IMG/VR virus record: IMGVR_UViG_3300035703_002708
DNA: 64,000 nt
Strand: one strand, 5' to 3'
From: a virus
Lineage: Duplodnaviria > Caudoviricetes
Part shown: in pieces, positions 61,865 to 64,000 of the stretch
Layout of the letters: every line of letters starts with the position of its first letter
Numbering within the stretch: position 1 is the stretch's first letter
Position numbers and translations under genes: made by a program
The notes under the pieces: generated by a model
Databases searched by the model: none
Told to the model about the DNA's origin: nothing
Seen by the model: only the letters and a program-made list of their open reading frames with translations

Positions 61865-62749
61865 ATGAGAACTCTACTTACCCTAATTTTAGTATTTACT
61901 TTTTCGGTATTTGGTTTAGCACAACACAGCCAATTATCGAACATTCAAATGCTATCAAGTAGTCCCATGACTTCTATGTGCGACTCAACGATAGGGCCAA
62001 TGTACCAAAGTGCCACACCTATACCCACATATGGGTATTTGGAGACAAACGGTTATTGCTACTTTTTACCTCAACCTCAAATTACATTCACACTATGTTT
62101 CCATTTTGTGGCGATATCAAGTGGTGTATATTTGAATTCCGGATTTACTGCTTTGGGGTGCTCCACAGTAACATTCAGTTCATTACAACTTTGTGATAAA
62201 ACAGATGGTGTAATTGTAGGTCAAGGACAATTTTTTAATAACTTAATAGTTGGACACGAATATGTTTGGTGTGTTGTTGGAAACACATCAGGTTTGTTCT
62301 GTCAAGGATTGACTACTATTTGTCCTTATTGGACTGAAGCGTCTTTATTACCCGTAGAATTGACATTATTTACCGCAACTCCTACAAATAACGGAATTCT
62401 TCTTCGTTGGACTACTATGAGCGAATCAAATTCTGATTATTTTATTTTGGAAAGGTCAAAAGATTTATATACCTTTACCGAAGTTACAAGAATGAAGTCA
62501 TCGGTGTATAGTAATGCAAAAATTGACTATGAATTTTTGGATAGAGTACCTTATGATGGGGTTTCTTATTACAGATTAGTTCAAGTTGATTTGAATGGTG
62601 CAAGGAAAATATATGACCCAATATTCGCAAACATAACTTTCAAAAAACCTGTTAAAGTTTTAGATGTTTTGGGAAATAGAGTTGATATGAATTACAACGG
62701 AATGAAGATTTTAATTTTTGAAGACGGGAGTGCTGTAAAGTACTATTAA
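61865..62749 (+). CDS. secreted protein with LPVEL beta-domain and short T9SS-like tail
   Basis: Signal peptide; LLPVELTLF..WTT.SE.NSDYF.LERS..YYRLVQVDLNG; KVLDVLGNRV...IFEDGS. Confidence 0.75.
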   Translation: MRTLLTLILVFTFSVFGLAQHSQLSNIQMLSSSPMTSMCDSTIGPMYQSATPIPTYGYLETNGYCYFLPQPQITFTLCFHFVAISSGVYLNSGFTALGCSTVTFSSLQLCDKTDGVIVGQGQFFNNLIVGHEYVWCVVGNTSGLFCQGLTTICPYWTEASLLPVELTLFTATPTNNGILLRWTTMSESNSDYFILERSKDLYTFTEVTRMKSSVYSNAKIDYEFLDRVPYDGVSYYRLVQVDLNGARKIYDPIFANITFKKPVKVLDVLGNRVDMNYNGMKILIFEDGSAVKYY

Positions 62750-62762
62750 CATATTTATCTGT

Positions 62763-63376
62763 ATGAGATTTATAATTACAGAAGCAGAAAAAGAGGACAT
62801 TTTATCAAAATATAAAGATAATACCGACGACAGATTACTAACATATCTTCGTAGGAATTATCCTGTTTCAACCGTAAAGTTTCCCAAATACAATCCTGAA
62901 ACTTTAGATTATGATGATATCCCAACTCCTATGATTTCTGTGGATTATAAGTCATATTTTGTTGAGGACAATAAAAAGTTGTTGGTTAATAAAATTTTTA
63001 ATACTTTAGAGGACAATTTTACAGATATTTCTGATGATGTCAAAAGAAGGACAATTAAGAAGTATTTGGACATGATTAATTTAACTGACTTCTAATGGAA
63101 AATATTGGTAAAATCCAAAAATTGATGGACATAGTTGAGAAAAAATATCTTTCAAAGATGTTTGAAAACCCTATTGAGTTTGAGGTAGGTGAAATCAAAG
63201 TCATCAAAGGAAAACACTATGTTATTGATATTCTCATTCCTTCTTTTTATCTCAAAAATGAACCATACCAGCCAAAACTTAACGAGTGGTGGGATAAATT
63301 ATTGAAAGTTCAGGAGTTTTACCACCACATGAATGAGGAGGGCTCAGTTAATTTTCAACCCATAGAAAAAAAATAG
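62763..63376 (+). CDS. two hypothetical proteins (62763-63095 with IITEAE leader; 63095-63376)
   Basis: TATTTAT 62752-62758. Confidence 0.7.
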
Positions 63377-63441
63377 TTTCACTTTCAGTCAGTTGAAATT
63401 TATCGTTTTTTTGTCTCAAGTCTTATCTATATCTTTGGGGT

Positions 63442-63828
63442 ATGAAAAAGATAAGGAACAAAAAACAGATTATTGAAGCAACCTACGAATGGTGTTGTGA
63501 TAAGTTTGGTACTCCCCTTAAGACAAAACAATATCCTACTTTGGGTGTGGTCTCTCGTAGCAAATGTCGTGACTATGGTCAGTATGATTCTCGTCATATT
63601 CAAATCAATACCGCTCGTTGTAAGACCGTATCTTCACTTATTCGAGTGGTCATTCACGAATACACGCACTTTTTACAGATGCCAAAACTTCCTGACATGA
63701 ATAAATACGCAAAGTTGTACGATATCTACGGATACAAAGACCATCCTATGGAAATCGAGGCATACCAAGCAGAACTTAAGCACTTTCGTAATTGTTTGAA
63801 GTATTTACAAAGGAGAAACATTATCTAA
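63442..63828 (+). CDS. small zincin metallopeptidase-like protein
   Basis: VIHEYTHFLQ (HExxH) and PMEIEAY; TATCTTTG 63430-63437. Confidence 0.75.
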   Translation: MKKIRNKKQIIEATYEWCCDKFGTPLKTKQYPTLGVVSRSKCRDYGQYDSRHIQINTARCKTVSSLIRVVIHEYTHFLQMPKLPDMNKYAKLYDIYGYKDHPMEIEAYQAELKHFRNCLKYLQRRNII

Positions 63829-63829
63829 T

Positions 63830-64000
63830 ATGAGCGACATCGTAAATTATAAAAGTCAGTTTGAACCCACAGTAGATGTGTTCCTTCTTTTTAAGGAAAA
63901 CGAAATCTACGATAAAATGAAACTGCTATTTGACGAGTTAGGTCATGGGTTCGCATCGGCTGAGGATAGAATGGTCTTTTTGGATGGTGAATCAGTAACC
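63830..64000 (+). CDS. hypothetical protein, 3'-truncated by window edge
   Basis: ATG 63830, open to the window end. Confidence 0.6.
   Translation, partial: MSDIVNYKSQFEPTVDVFLLFKENEIYDKMKLLFDELGHGFASAEDRMVFLDGESVT

Noticed and set aside
4035-62758. TATTTAT(A) as the T4 late promoter TATAAATA
   Set aside because: It is the reverse complement of the T4 motif relative to gene direction at essentially every site examined, so it is treated as a distinct element.
829-63700. Numerous antisense or alternate-frame ORFs (e.g. 4462-5196, 13301-13789, 18029-18733, 53778-53993, 57572-57859)
   Set aside because: Shadows of longer, motif-bearing genes on the other strand or frame; they lack start context.
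1-64000. Stop-codon reassignment (TAG or TGA read-through) as in some large Bacteroidota phages
   Set aside because: All recognisable enzymes are full length in code 11, and TAG stops (e.g. 31712, 49310) are followed by non-coding or terminator sequence.
1-64000. Cellular chromosome origin of the window
   Set aside because: No housekeeping operons; dominated by tiny coupled hypothetical ORFs and phage-type families. Not formally excluded because no virion hallmark gene lies in the window.

Overview
AT-rich (about 30% GC by eye), gene-dense segment of what is most likely a large lytic phage of a Bacteroidota host (Flavobacteriia/Cytophagia-like). No capsid, terminase or polymerase gene lies in the window, so the phage call is an inference. 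It rests on the many short tandem hypothetical ORFs, phage-type paralog families, the HNH, DUF932, DenV-like and endolysin genes, the host-type TTTG-N19/20-TAnnTTTG promoters and the T9SS sorting signals. Recognisable genes: thyA, a class II aaRS catalytic-only paralog, Dps-like DUF5856, a DUF6878/DUF6915 pair, a 1225-aa T9SS cargo, UvrC, ParB-like proteins, an ART-like protein, an NTase, YceI, a lytic transglycosylase, an L,D-transpeptidase, DUF4294, a methyltransferase, a GH19 endolysin, a complete GAF-PAS kinase/receiver two-component module, a PcfJ-like protein, SlyD and a pyrimidine-dimer glycosylase. Three unannotated layers stand out. (1) Two dedicated RNA operons hold four tRNA mimics with shared acceptor, D and T arms but unrelated, mostly non-canonical anticodon arms, interleaved with other structured RNAs including a pseudoknot. 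(2) More than 25 otherwise unrelated proteins share an N-terminal (I/L/V)-x-E leader and mostly follow a second promoter-like motif, TATTTAT; this suggests a capsid-targeting/prohead-protease cargo system. (3) A redox-type two-component system is transcribed back-to-back with the endolysin. All family assignments come from motif recognition by eye, not database searches.
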